IMG/VR virus record: IMGVR_UViG_3300032516_000009 | Span: 1-64,000 of that record | Reading direction: 5' to 3' (one strand) | From: a virus | Length of the DNA: 64,000 nt | Part shown: positions 1-9,657 of the stretch, one piece after another | Position numbering within the stretch: position 1 is the stretch's first letter | Layout: the number at the start of each line of letters is the position of its first letter | Program-made: the position numbers and the translations under genes | Notes under the pieces: generated by a model | Database searches by the model: none | Told to the model about the DNA's origin: nothing | The model's input: the letters and a program-made list of their open reading frames with translations, nothing else

Positions 1-543
1 ACTCAGGGCGTTAACTTTTCCACTTAATATATCTCCAATTAGTAAATTATGCTTCCGATCTGTTGCGACAAGAATATCTACATAAACTGTTTCACCGAGG
101 TCTCGAGCTACCGCATCAACAATAAACCCCTTTGATAATTCTGGTAATTGTATATGTTCTAAATAGTTATGGGCACCAATGAATGTCCTGTATGTCGATA
201 GCAATAAAGGACGGGACCACGCATCACCATTATTATTTATGATTTTATGACATTCTGGCTTAATTCTGATGTCAGGGAATTTGACATCAATTTGAATACC
301 ATTCTGAAGTTTTCTGCCGGTCTTCAACCCCTTTGGGGTGTAGGTATCGACCGATGCTACAATTGTAGCATGACTTAATAAATATTTTCCTGGATCACAT
401 TTACGAAGTAGAGCTTTTGCAATTCTTCCAACGTAATCTTTGGGTACGGCCCCTTCGTGCTGAGCCCGAATTCCATCCATCCATTGATCAAACTGGACTC
501 CGGGTTTAGCAATTAATGCATTAGCGTATCGTTTAAAGGCCAT
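1..543 (-). CDS. Prohead (capsid maturation) protease, N-terminal part; runs off the window
   Basis: Not in the ORF track. ATG at 543 with GGAG SD. Translation MAFKRYANALIAKP...INNNGDAW...FIGAHNYLEH...SKGFIVDA...VDILVATDRKH...ILSGKVNALS resembles the recalled Bxz1-like maturation protease pattern. Lies downstream of the portal. Confidence 0.7.
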   Translation of the reverse strand, partial: MAFKRYANALIAKPGVQFDQWMDGIRAQHEGAVPKDYVGRIAKALLRKCDPGKYLLSHATIVASVDTYTPKGLKTGRKLQNGIQIDVKFPDIRIKPECHKIINNNGDAWSRPLLLSTYRTFIGAHNYLEHIQLPELSKGFIVDAVARDLGETVYVDILVATDRKHNLLIGDILSGKVNALS

Positions 544-576
544 GGGCTCCTAAAATTTGAAAGCATCAAAATTTGA

Positions 577-1335
577 TTATTCAACGACCTCTTGTGGTTC
601 TTGCGATTCCTGTGATATGACCCCAGGATAAATCAAATCTTTGGGTGAAATGGTGAACCCGCAGGATTTACAAAGGAATACTTTCTTTCCCTGCCTGTAA
701 GTCCTGGGTTTAAGGGGCGACTTGCATCTAGGGCAAGTTAACCTACCTATTGATTTTTCTTTATTAGTGACTCTATATTTTCTTTTGTTATCTTTATAAT
801 AAATAGCTAATCTATCGCCCAATCCATATAAATTAGCTATTGTTCGACGAACGGTATCCGTACCAAATCGTTCAGCAAATATTCCAGATAATTTTTGAAA
901 TGTTTCAATTTGGCTCATATTATTATGCCATGCCTTACAGGCGGCACGCCAAATTGGCATTGTTAAAGTTTCATATTTATTTATTATACGAGATGTTATA
1001 TTTGAGGCTAAAGACTTGCGCCATTTAGCATCATCCTTATCTTTCTGCTCACTGCAAGCATAGTATTCACTCTCATATGATGGGTAATATTGATTAGTAA
1101 TCATGGGGGGCACAAAGTCCCCGGATGAATCTAAGACCAATTCAACCGGGGACTCCTGCTCCGCACCCCAGGGCCACTGAACTGTAACTTTTCCAGTTTT
1201 AGTATTCGAATATACTACACGTCCAACATACGGGGATAAGAGAAAGTCACGTAATCCTGTCTTACGTACTACATCACCGGTTTGGAATTCACCGGCAATT
1301 GCCATCTCATCAACGAATGCTGTACGGTCTCTCAT
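577..1335 (-). CDS. Head-module hypothetical protein with C-terminal Zn ribbon
   Basis: 252 aa; CPRC...CKSC motif. Confidence 0.6.
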   Translation of the reverse strand: MRDRTAFVDEMAIAGEFQTGDVVRKTGLRDFLLSPYVGRVVYSNTKTGKVTVQWPWGAEQESPVELVLDSSGDFVPPMITNQYYPSYESEYYACSEQKDKDDAKWRKSLASNITSRIINKYETLTMPIWRAACKAWHNNMSQIETFQKLSGIFAERFGTDTVRRTIANLYGLGDRLAIYYKDNKRKYRVTNKEKSIGRLTCPRCKSPLKPRTYRQGKKVFLCKSCGFTISPKDLIYPGVISQESQEPQEVVE

Positions 1336-1379
1336 AAGCTGCCTGTCAAGGGTTACCTGTCAGAGGACCAGGCTACCTA

Positions 1380-1880
1380 TCAGGGAGCCCAGGTCTTCTC
1401 TTTGGTCGAGCCCTGACGGGTGCTCTTACCGGATGATTTCCCGGGCCAGGACGGCTGGGGCTTAGTTTTATCAGCGTGCTCGCTGAGATCACGAACATCA
1501 TACTCTTTGCGTTCCTCAGAAACCGTGGAAGAACGATCCGAGTCGTATGTCGGGATACTGTCACAATTGAAGGACTTTTCCGTCTTGTGCATGTACGGTT
1601 CGTCCTTCTCAGTTTGAATTGGAGCCTGAATATTCTCAAAGGTCTTCATGTAAGGCTCGTCGGGCTCCTGCTTGATGACCTTAGCCATCTTAGCCCGATA
1701 TGCCGCATGTGCCTTCTCTCCAAAGACAGCAATGTGGAATCTGTCCGAAAAAGCATCGATATCATGGACCAATTCCGATGCCGTTTTAGGATGAATCTTA
1801 CCCTCTTTCTGAAGCTGCTCAATCGAATTGGCAGTCTCTTCCAGCGTGGTAAGAACTTGATTTGCTAACTGCTTATCCAT
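1380..1880 (-). CDS. Hypothetical virion or scaffold-like protein
   Basis: 166 aa, charged, GGAG SD, internal repeat DEPYM x2, in the head module. Confidence 0.55.
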   Translation of the reverse strand: MDKQLANQVLTTLEETANSIEQLQKEGKIHPKTASELVHDIDAFSDRFHIAVFGEKAHAAYRAKMAKVIKQEPDEPYMKTFENIQAPIQTEKDEPYMHKTEKSFNCDSIPTYDSDRSSTVSEERKEYDVRDLSEHADKTKPQPSWPGKSSGKSTRQGSTKEKTWAP

Positions 1881-1926
1881 ACCTGTTTCTCCGGGGTGCC
1901 AATTTGGCTATGGCATAGAAGAACTA

Positions 1927-4416
1927 TCACCAATCACAGTCATCAGATCCTATGTGGACAGATGATTTGGAAGTTTTCTTTGCAGATGACTCTTTCATCC
2001 AAGGGGCCTCCACCTTAACTGCAGACCCCTTGTCAGGAGCCTTCTTTCCCTTACCAAACGGTGGAGCCTTCTTACCACCAAACGGAGGCTTCTTCCCCTT
2101 CGATGGGGCCTTCTTCCCTTTTGGCGGAGTCTTCTTATCCTTTGGCGGAGCTTTCTTGCCCTTACTCTTCTTAGTCTTCTTTAACTTCTTTTTAGCTGCA
2201 GTGATTATTATTGGGAGCAATATTGGACGGGTACCCGGATTCTTAAAAGCCGTCTCGATGAGAGTGGATAACTTAATATGAACATAATCAGTTGGGTCAA
2301 CACTAGCAGTTATGAGTTTAGTGAGATCGTGTAAATAATTAATCAGTGTTGAGACATCCTGCTCTTGATCAACAGCCGAATCGAAACGCTTCTCAACGTT
2401 CTTAACCTGGTCCTTCTTAAGAACTTCGTTTAGTTGCTCATCATCCATATTCTCAATCTTTGAGAGATTATTTTCTAGACCTCTCAAAATTTCTTCAATA
2501 TTTACAGCTTCAGCAGCAGTTTGTCCAGTAGCAAGTCGAGTACTGGCTTGTCTCTTAATTTTCTCTAAAAGACTCTTGAGATCCCTAAATCCATCCCCTT
2601 TACCCTTCTCAATGAATTCTTCGATATCCTTATCTCTTAAATTTGTTCGTACATATTTTTGTATTTCTTTGTCCAGATCCCCCGCATCAGGACTTTTCTT
2701 TTCTGTGGGCTCGTCCTTTGCGGGTTCCTCGACAGCGGCTGCCTGCTCCTGCACTGGTGATGTCTGTATTGGTGATGTTGATATGCCTAAATCAGCTCCG
2801 GTTGAAATTAACGTTCGGAGACTCTGTACCTGAGATCCCATTTTGATTCCCTCTTGCTGCAGATCGCTGGCTACCTTGGAACTTGAAGTTTTACCTTTTT
2901 TGAATGGGAGGATTGTTTCGGAAAACGGATCATACCCCCATTCACTGAGTCTATTCAACAACATATTATAAGTTTCAGCGTCTATTTTATTTTGATATAA
3001 ACTGCTATCGGCTAGATGAATGGCAACATCGAGAGCGGCTCGTATTCGTGAATCTTTAGGAGATCCGGCCCATCCAAATTTAAACCAATCATCTCCCAAT
3101 AATTCATTGGCCGTCTTTATAATCGACTTCCAATTTTCCTCACTAAAGTACCTTTTATCATAAGATTTATATGGAGTATTAGTCGGATCCGTTGGGTTAC
3201 CACTGGTATCCTTAATCCCATGATACGCTGCTAGTTTGATAGCCATATTCCCAAATCCCAAAGCCTTATTAGAGGCTTCTTTGGATTCTCCAGTATCCTT
3301 AGATAATTTTGCCGTTTCCTTTGCTGCTTCTTCCGATATTGCTTTTAATTCTTTCGGAACATCACCATATTTAGTTTCAAAGTCTTTTATTAGTTCATCC
3401 ATAAATATGGTTGGATGAACTATTTTCATTTTCCTTTCTCCGCCTATTCCGAAAAAGGATCTTAAGGAGTGCATGGCCTTTTTAGTATCGAGGCCATGTT
3501 TCGAATCTTCCGTATCAACTTTTTTCATCTCAGACATGGAATCATGAAAAGTATTTATTATATTATTCAAATCCTGTAATTTCATAGATTTATCATAAAT
3601 AGATTTTGATGCCTTATCAACTTCTTCTTTAACTGATTCGATATTCCGAGGATTATTACTAATCTCTCTATATAGAGCTGCCAATCTTGCAAATTTAACG
3701 GCATCCTTCTCATTAAACTTTTTCTTCCCTTTGCTGGATCCTTTAACAATATCTTGAATTAACTTTCGATCCTCTACTATATCGGACGTTCCCGATTTGT
3801 CTAAAGCCCTCTTTATTTCATCCGAGACATTGCTTTTATCTTTAGCCCATTTAACCGCATTTATTAGAGAAGCCCTTATTATCCAATCCCATTCTTTACC
3901 GGACCATTTATCAATAACATAATCTACTGGATTATCTGATTTCAGTATAACATCTCGATGTTCTTTGAATTTCTCTGCTAATTTCCTTCTATCTTCAGCT
4001 ATTTTCTTAATTTTATCTTGAGGCAGTAGCTTCCTATATGATAATCTAGCATATTTATCAAAATCAGCTGAAAGAGATTTCGATATGCTGCCTAATTCCT
4101 TTTTAAATTGTTCAAATTTACTCTGATATTCTGCTTCTTTCGGATCAGGTTTTTCATCTGGCTTTGGTTCAGCCGATGTCCTTGTACTCCCCCCGATATT
4201 CTTATAATTTAATGACATGTCAGGGTCCTGTTCAACCGTGCACCCTTCCATGTCAGGATCTGGCTGCTTAATCTTATTATCTCGATTATCGTGTTTTGGA
4301 CCACGATGTTCCGTATATTTACGGCTTGGCGGTTCACGCTTATGAATTAACTTTTGAGCATCTTTTGTCTCTTGCTCATATGGCTCGAGACTACTATCCG
4401 CCAATAATAATATCAT
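1927..4416 (-). CDS. Large putative internal head protein with a histone-H1-like Lys/Pro tail
   Basis: 829 aa; C-terminal KGKKAP/GGKKAPPF repeats; between portal and protease. Confidence 0.55.
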   Translation of the reverse strand: MILLLADSSLEPYEQETKDAQKLIHKREPPSRKYTEHRGPKHDNRDNKIKQPDPDMEGCTVEQDPDMSLNYKNIGGSTRTSAEPKPDEKPDPKEAEYQSKFEQFKKELGSISKSLSADFDKYARLSYRKLLPQDKIKKIAEDRRKLAEKFKEHRDVILKSDNPVDYVIDKWSGKEWDWIIRASLINAVKWAKDKSNVSDEIKRALDKSGTSDIVEDRKLIQDIVKGSSKGKKKFNEKDAVKFARLAALYREISNNPRNIESVKEEVDKASKSIYDKSMKLQDLNNIINTFHDSMSEMKKVDTEDSKHGLDTKKAMHSLRSFFGIGGERKMKIVHPTIFMDELIKDFETKYGDVPKELKAISEEAAKETAKLSKDTGESKEASNKALGFGNMAIKLAAYHGIKDTSGNPTDPTNTPYKSYDKRYFSEENWKSIIKTANELLGDDWFKFGWAGSPKDSRIRAALDVAIHLADSSLYQNKIDAETYNMLLNRLSEWGYDPFSETILPFKKGKTSSSKVASDLQQEGIKMGSQVQSLRTLISTGADLGISTSPIQTSPVQEQAAAVEEPAKDEPTEKKSPDAGDLDKEIQKYVRTNLRDKDIEEFIEKGKGDGFRDLKSLLEKIKRQASTRLATGQTAAEAVNIEEILRGLENNLSKIENMDDEQLNEVLKKDQVKNVEKRFDSAVDQEQDVSTLINYLHDLTKLITASVDPTDYVHIKLSTLIETAFKNPGTRPILLPIIITAAKKKLKKTKKSKGKKAPPKDKKTPPKGKKAPSKGKKPPFGGKKAPPFGKGKKAPDKGSAVKVEAPWMKESSAKKTSKSSVHIGSDDCDW

Positions 4417-4445
4417 TCAGAACTATTTAGTTATTAAAGGGGTAC

Positions 4446-7400
4446 CTATTTTCCACTCTCACTACCGAATCGATCCCCCTCTTCTTTCAATTCGAGCCCA
4501 AGATCATCAGCGATCTTCTTGGCAATATTTGAATCTGAGCCTAGCTTATCACCAACTGCAGTTAATAACGCCCTCACTAATTCATTATAGGTAGAATCCC
4601 TGGGCGTAAATAAGTCCCGCCGAAGTTCAGCCGATGCATCATGAGGATCCACATTTATAAGCTCATATATATACGATATTGGCAAGGACCCTTTCTGGTA
4701 TAGATTGAACATGAAGTCTTGAAGTTCAGAATTATCACGAAGAGCCAGTCTAGTAAATTTCAGCTTGGGGTAAAGTAACACCTTATTATCAAATTCATCT
4801 ATTTCAAAGAATCCCTTTTTTTCGGCTACAGGAGCAAATAAGTTGTCCTCAACTAACGTCGCCACCGTTTCTCGATATAGTAAATACATTGTATTCATAA
4901 CATCGAGATGGATCCGTTCACCGGAATATGTACTCTCCCCAGTCAACATCGACTCGGTTATTCTCAATCCAATATATAATAACTTGTTAGTTATTTCATA
5001 TTCGGTTGCTAGATCAAGGAGACGATCTCGAGCCCCGATTTCATCCCAATGGACTTCGAAGTTTGTAACAATAGTGAAATCGGGATCAATTAGCGCTTGA
5101 TCAACTTGGTTTCGTAGATCTTCAACATCCATCTCAGACATCTTGTCAGCCCAAACAACTCGTTTGGGTGTCATAGCACGTGATGCTATTGATGTTTGCG
5201 CTTGGCGTAATTTATCCTGATAGATTAACGTCCTTAAACAGTTGTTCAGTAATACTGAACAACTGTAAAATTTATGATCTTCTTCTACATTCAAACTATA
5301 AACAGGCCCACCATACGGTATTAATGTGTTTTTTCGTACTTTAAAGAACAATTTCCCATCATGAACTAAATGTTTGACACCCCACCCAGAATTAAATTCC
5401 AACTCGACATCAATAGCTTTCGCCATGAATCCGGATTCAAATATTTGTCGCACAGATGGTCTATCAGACAAAGCTAACTGATATAACGGTCTGCACTCCA
5501 TAGTAATAGATCCATTTGGCATCTTAGTATTACGCGACTTATGAAAATGACGTGAAACTGGTAACCCTAATGATAACATCAATATTTGTAATTGATCTAC
5601 TAATTGTTTCGTAGACATCGCCAACTGGACAGTTACTACGCCAGTCTTCTTGACAGACACGGCACCATCAGAATCATAAATACCTCTTAATATACCGAAC
5701 AAAAATTCCTTAGGCGCGTTCCAAATCCAAGATGGAAGATGCTTGTCCTCTTTTGTGTGGCCAAAGTTTAAAGCCGACCAACGTGTGAAAATATCATCAT
5801 AACCATAGATATTTCTCATACTACTTGGCACAGTATGTTCAGTTTCCGACCATTTAATCCCGAGTTTATCAAGAATCAATTCTAAATGTTTAGCAGATGC
5901 ACAAGAACGGGCAGATTTAGAGTTATAACAAATTCCGAACTGACCATAATCAGCAGTGTTGCCATTTATTTTTACCCAACCGTCACCTAAGAAATATCCA
6001 ATAAGATACCCTGAATTTCCATCTAGAACCAATTCCTTTTTACAAATTCGTGTAATATTTCGATCCTCATTTACCACTATTTGATCTGGAATAGGGGTAA
6101 AAATAAATATAGTTTCGGACCCTTCTCTCTTAGAAGTAATGATCGCCCCACGATCAGCAAGGTTTGTTCTTATCTTTTTGAAATCAGTTGGGTGGAACTT
6201 AAATTTATCACAAAATTCCTGTCGCGTAATTTGACATTCAACTGGTAACGACAGTATCCAGTCATAAACATTTTGAAGCTTGGCGTAGTATCCAACTTTT
6301 CTAGGATCGGTCTCTTTTTTAGAATATTTAACAACAATATCCGATTCAGTTTCGTCAATTACTTCAACTGACATCGAAACTGCAGCCCCAGTTTTCCTCG
6401 CAATATATTCTTGATCACCTAAATTTTGTATAAAATTCTTCAAGTCAACTAATTTGTACGTCTCCATCAATGGAACACTAACCATCTGGACATAATCACC
6501 AGAAAATATATTTTTGGCCGGCACCTCTAGAATTTCATTACCACGAAGAACAGGGACAATATGATCCTGAGTCATGTTAATCAAATGACCAGTCTTATAA
6601 ACGTTAACAGAACATACTTCTTCGTTTACCGGTCTCGTACCCCAGTCAAACTTTCTCCACTTACCACTTCCGCCCAAAACTTCATCAATTTCAGGATCTA
6701 ATTCTTCAATAGGTATTTGACATATTAAACCATCCCTCTTCGCAATAATTTCTGTTCCAGGTAAATGACATCGCTCGAGTATGGATATGCCGCGATCATC
6801 ATAGGCTGACTTCTTATGCGCCAAATGATGACAGAAAGAGGAACATAAGAAATCATCATACGGACTAGTATTTAATGGTATTGGTTGACCATTCAACAAA
6901 TTCTCTTTAATTTGTTCCGGTATATCTTCTGCTATTCTATCGGCTTCTGGGTCACTCTGTTGTTGAGATCTAAGAACAACTAATCTATCCTTCTCGCTCG
7001 GGATAAGCTGCATGGTTGTTCTGTTAGTATATTGAAATACTTCTAATTTAATTTGTTCAGGAGGCAGAATTTGGATTCTTTGCCATCCCTTGTAGTGCTC
7101 TTGAACGTATTTCTTTATATTTTTGAATGCTTCTTCAATAGGTTTATCATTTTTGGTTATTTCGGTTTTCTTAATGGGGCGACCGGCATAATCAATTTCA
7201 CCGACTTCTTCTTGCTTAACATCAGCAATTATATCTTCCGGAATTTCATGAGTCATGTCATGATCTTCACAGAAGAGAAATGCGTTACCATGGAGCCAAT
7301 ATTCATGTGTTGCATCATAAAGTACCTGAAATAACCTAACCTTCTTGCACATCTGCTCATAAAAATGCAAGATTTGCTTATTTCTCTTGTTATCTGCCCC

Positions 7401-8957
7401 CTTGGGTAAAGATAAATGGATTTTTGACATCGGCACATCGGTGTGGAAATCTATGGCTGCCCCTACGATTGGGTGTGTGTTATGTGTGGCTAAAGAATGA
7501 GCAATATAACTCTTCTGATCACCTTCTCCTTTAACTTCGAAATTAAAAACCGATCCTTCATATTGGATAACATTCAAACTTTCTATCCTATGGAGAAACC
7601 CTTCCTTAGTATGAATTATATACACCCTGGTTGAATCAACAGAGTACTTACCATCCACCCAATTTGCATATTTGGAAAAAACATCAAAATATCTTCCAGG
7701 AAATGAAACATAATGAACGGTCCCTGCGGGAAAAATTCTTCCCCCCGTAACGCGTTCTGGCCGGTAATATTTAGCGTTATAGGCTGGTATTTGAAGCCTA
7801 CGTAACATATGGAAGACTTGTGACGCCAAGTCCTCACTCATAGTATCTGCTGTGTACGAGTTATCCGTAAAACATCCATCACCATTCCAGTATGTCCCAA
7901 GGAATTCTAACATCTGCTCTGGATTTGCATGAATTATATCTTCATGTAATCTCTTTTCATGCGAACCACGACCAACATATTTTTCACAAAATCTAGCAAA
8001 CCCAACCCCGTCACATATGACCCTAGTCGTATTCCTAGATGGATCGGTGTAAATACGAGCTTTCTTCTTGAAGGCTTCTTCATATAGGGAAGAAATCTCG
8101 ATCGCTATCGTCTGGGATTCGTCGATAGATAGGGAAAATTCAACCCCGCGAATGACTCCAGCACTTCTATAAGACAAAGACCCCTCAGAAGCGTAATACC
8201 CGAGAAGTCTCAACTCTGCCCTACTTAAACCACAATCTTTAGTATCCCCAAGCCACGGAGATACAATATAATCCCCAATCTTCAAATCTTTGGCATATAC
8301 ATATTCAGGCGTTCCGAAATTCTGCCCTTCACACTTAGTCCTCTGACAAAGTGAATTTTTACCACGCCTACATGCCCAAGTAGAAGATGGATATTTACAG
8401 TCTACTTTTTCGGCCCGCAGTGTATAAAACGGATGATTTCCAGTCGCTTGTATTTCAGATTGAATTCCTCTAACCCTCATACTAATAATATTATCTTTTA
8501 TGTCATGTTTAAAGGTCTCTACTACTTCCGTAATATTCCCAAATCCATTTGGGATTTTATCTCCGACCCTAACATCTTCAATGGGTACGGTAGTTCCGTC
8601 CCAAGTAACCACTGGTGCTCCTGGCACCCAACATGTGTACCAAAAACGAAAAAGTTCTCTCTTTTCACGTTCGCTCTGCGGTAACTCGAGAAAGTCCGTT
8701 GAAAGTTGGGGACTGTAGAAATTACTATCAGCCGATAATATATTTCCATATCCTGAACCGCCAACACCACCATATCCAGCAGCTGATCCACTGAATATTC
8801 CAGCACATGAAGCCATACGAATAGATTGCGCGGCCTCACGGCGAGCCTGCTTTTCAAGCTTAGTAAGGTTGGTCTTTGCTATCTTCTGATCGTTAACTAC
8901 TTTGATGGGCTGACCAATTCTAGTTTGCCCTTTTTTCCCATCATTCTTCCTAGTCAT
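4446..8957 (-). CDS. Portal protein containing two inteins (mature about 608 aa)
   Basis: Extein motifs HPIVGAAIDFHTDVP, EYWLHGNAF, RGISILER/CLRTLIYQDKLRQAQ; downstream of terL. Confidence 0.8.
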   Translation of the reverse strand: MTRKNDGKKGQTRIGQPIKVVNDQKIAKTNLTKLEKQARREAAQSIRMASCAGIFSGSAAGYGGVGGSGYGNILSADSNFYSPQLSTDFLELPQSEREKRELFRFWYTCWVPGAPVVTWDGTTVPIEDVRVGDKIPNGFGNITEVVETFKHDIKDNIISMRVRGIQSEIQATGNHPFYTLRAEKVDCKYPSSTWACRRGKNSLCQRTKCEGQNFGTPEYVYAKDLKIGDYIVSPWLGDTKDCGLSRAELRLLGYYASEGSLSYRSAGVIRGVEFSLSIDESQTIAIEISSLYEEAFKKKARIYTDPSRNTTRVICDGVGFARFCEKYVGRGSHEKRLHEDIIHANPEQMLEFLGTYWNGDGCFTDNSYTADTMSEDLASQVFHMLRRLQIPAYNAKYYRPERVTGGRIFPAGTVHYVSFPGRYFDVFSKYANWVDGKYSVDSTRVYIIHTKEGFLHRIESLNVIQYEGSVFNFEVKGEGDQKSYIAHSLATHNTHPIVGAAIDFHTDVPMSKIHLSLPKGADNKRNKQILHFYEQMCKKVRLFQVLYDATHEYWLHGNAFLFCEDHDMTHEIPEDIIADVKQEEVGEIDYAGRPIKKTEITKNDKPIEEAFKNIKKYVQEHYKGWQRIQILPPEQIKLEVFQYTNRTTMQLIPSEKDRLVVLRSQQQSDPEADRIAEDIPEQIKENLLNGQPIPLNTSPYDDFLCSSFCHHLAHKKSAYDDRGISILERCHLPGTEIIAKRDGLICQIPIEELDPEIDEVLGGSGKWRKFDWGTRPVNEEVCSVNVYKTGHLINMTQDHIVPVLRGNEILEVPAKNIFSGDYVQMVSVPLMETYKLVDLKNFIQNLGDQEYIARKTGAAVSMSVEVIDETESDIVVKYSKKETDPRKVGYYAKLQNVYDWILSLPVECQITRQEFCDKFKFHPTDFKKIRTNLADRGAIITSKREGSETIFIFTPIPDQIVVNEDRNITRICKKELVLDGNSGYLIGYFLGDGWVKINGNTADYGQFGICYNSKSARSCASAKHLELILDKLGIKWSETEHTVPSSMRNIYGYDDIFTRWSALNFGHTKEDKHLPSWIWNAPKEFLFGILRGIYDSDGAVSVKKTGVVTVQLAMSTKQLVDQLQILMLSLGLPVSRHFHKSRNTKMPNGSITMECRPLYQLALSDRPSVRQIFESGFMAKAIDVELEFNSGWGVKHLVHDGKLFFKVRKNTLIPYGGPVYSLNVEEDHKFYSCSVLLNNCLRTLIYQDKLRQAQTSIASRAMTPKRVVWADKMSEMDVEDLRNQVDQALIDPDFTIVTNFEVHWDEIGARDRLLDLATEYEITNKLLYIGLRITESMLTGESTYSGERIHLDVMNTMYLLYRETVATLVEDNLFAPVAEKKGFFEIDEFDNKVLLYPKLKFTRLALRDNSELQDFMFNLYQKGSLPISYIYELINVDPHDASAELRRDLFTPRDSTYNELVRALLTAVGDKLGSDSNIAKKIADDLGLELKEEGDRFGSESGK
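5241..6770 (-). mobile_element. Intein 2 in portal (510 aa, LAGLIDADG endonuclease)
   Basis: LER|CHLPGT...MTQDH...IGYFLGDG...LRGIYDSDG...VYSLNVEEDH...LLNN|C. Confidence 0.9.
7479..8633 (-). mobile_element. Intein 1 in portal (385 aa, LAGLIDADG endonuclease)
   Basis: WYT|CWVPGA...ATGNHPF...LGYYASEGS...FLGTYWNGDG...VFNFEV...ATHN|T. Confidence 0.9.
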
Positions 8958-8979
8958 GTTTCACCCGAATCTAGAAGTT

Positions 8980-9369
8980 CTATTTAAAAGCTGGCTCCTG
9001 TTCAGTAAATTCAGATATGATGTCTTGTTTTTTATTATCAACCAATTTCATATATTCCGACAATTTCTGTATTTGGCCATAAGCGACCAATAACGTCTGA
9101 GCTATCCATTTGATTCTGAATCTATATTTTAGGTAAGAATCATATTTTATCTTGGTGTCAAAATTAACAGCCATTAACAACACTTCCGATAAAAGCGGAG
9201 CGATGATATTGATTTTAGCATTAATATCACTATATGCTTTTAGAAGTGCTTCGATATCATTCTGTCTGCTCTGCTTCTCTCGTTTTTCTTGTTCCTTCTG
9301 CTCTTCTTGTTTCTTTTGTTTATTCTTATCCTCTATTGGTTTAGATTCAAGTTTTGCATCATTAGCCAC
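8980..9369 (-). CDS. Hypothetical coiled-coil protein
   Basis: 129 aa ORF in the packaging operon. Confidence 0.5.
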   Translation of the reverse strand: MANDAKLESKPIEDKNKQKKQEEQKEQEKREKQSRQNDIEALLKAYSDINAKINIIAPLLSEVLLMAVNFDTKIKYDSYLKYRFRIKWIAQTLLVAYGQIQKLSEYMKLVDNKKQDIISEFTEQEPAFK

Positions 9370-9378
9370 GGGATAACC

Positions 9379-9633
9379 TTACTGATCAGATATTTTTTTG
9401 ACCGATTTGACGCTAATTTTATCTTTGAAGGCCGCTTCCATAGCTATATCTAGAATACCAACTTGATCCATGTCCCCATCCATCAATCTTTTCCAAGATC
9501 CACCTAATTTAGAAAAAAAACCTATGGCTGAGTATATTTCCTCGTCAGATGGAAACTTCGAAAGGTTCCATGAATTGTCCAGGATCTCTTTAATTACGCG
9601 GTATGCCGCAATATTCTTTATTTCAAGATCCAT
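9379..9633 (-). CDS. Hypothetical protein
   Basis: 84 aa; tightly packed, co-oriented. Confidence 0.5.
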   Translation of the reverse strand: MDLEIKNIAAYRVIKEILDNSWNLSKFPSDEEIYSAIGFFSKLGGSWKRLMDGDMDQVGILDIAMEAAFKDKISVKSVKKISDQ

Positions 9634-9657
9634 TACATAACTGTAAATATAATAATC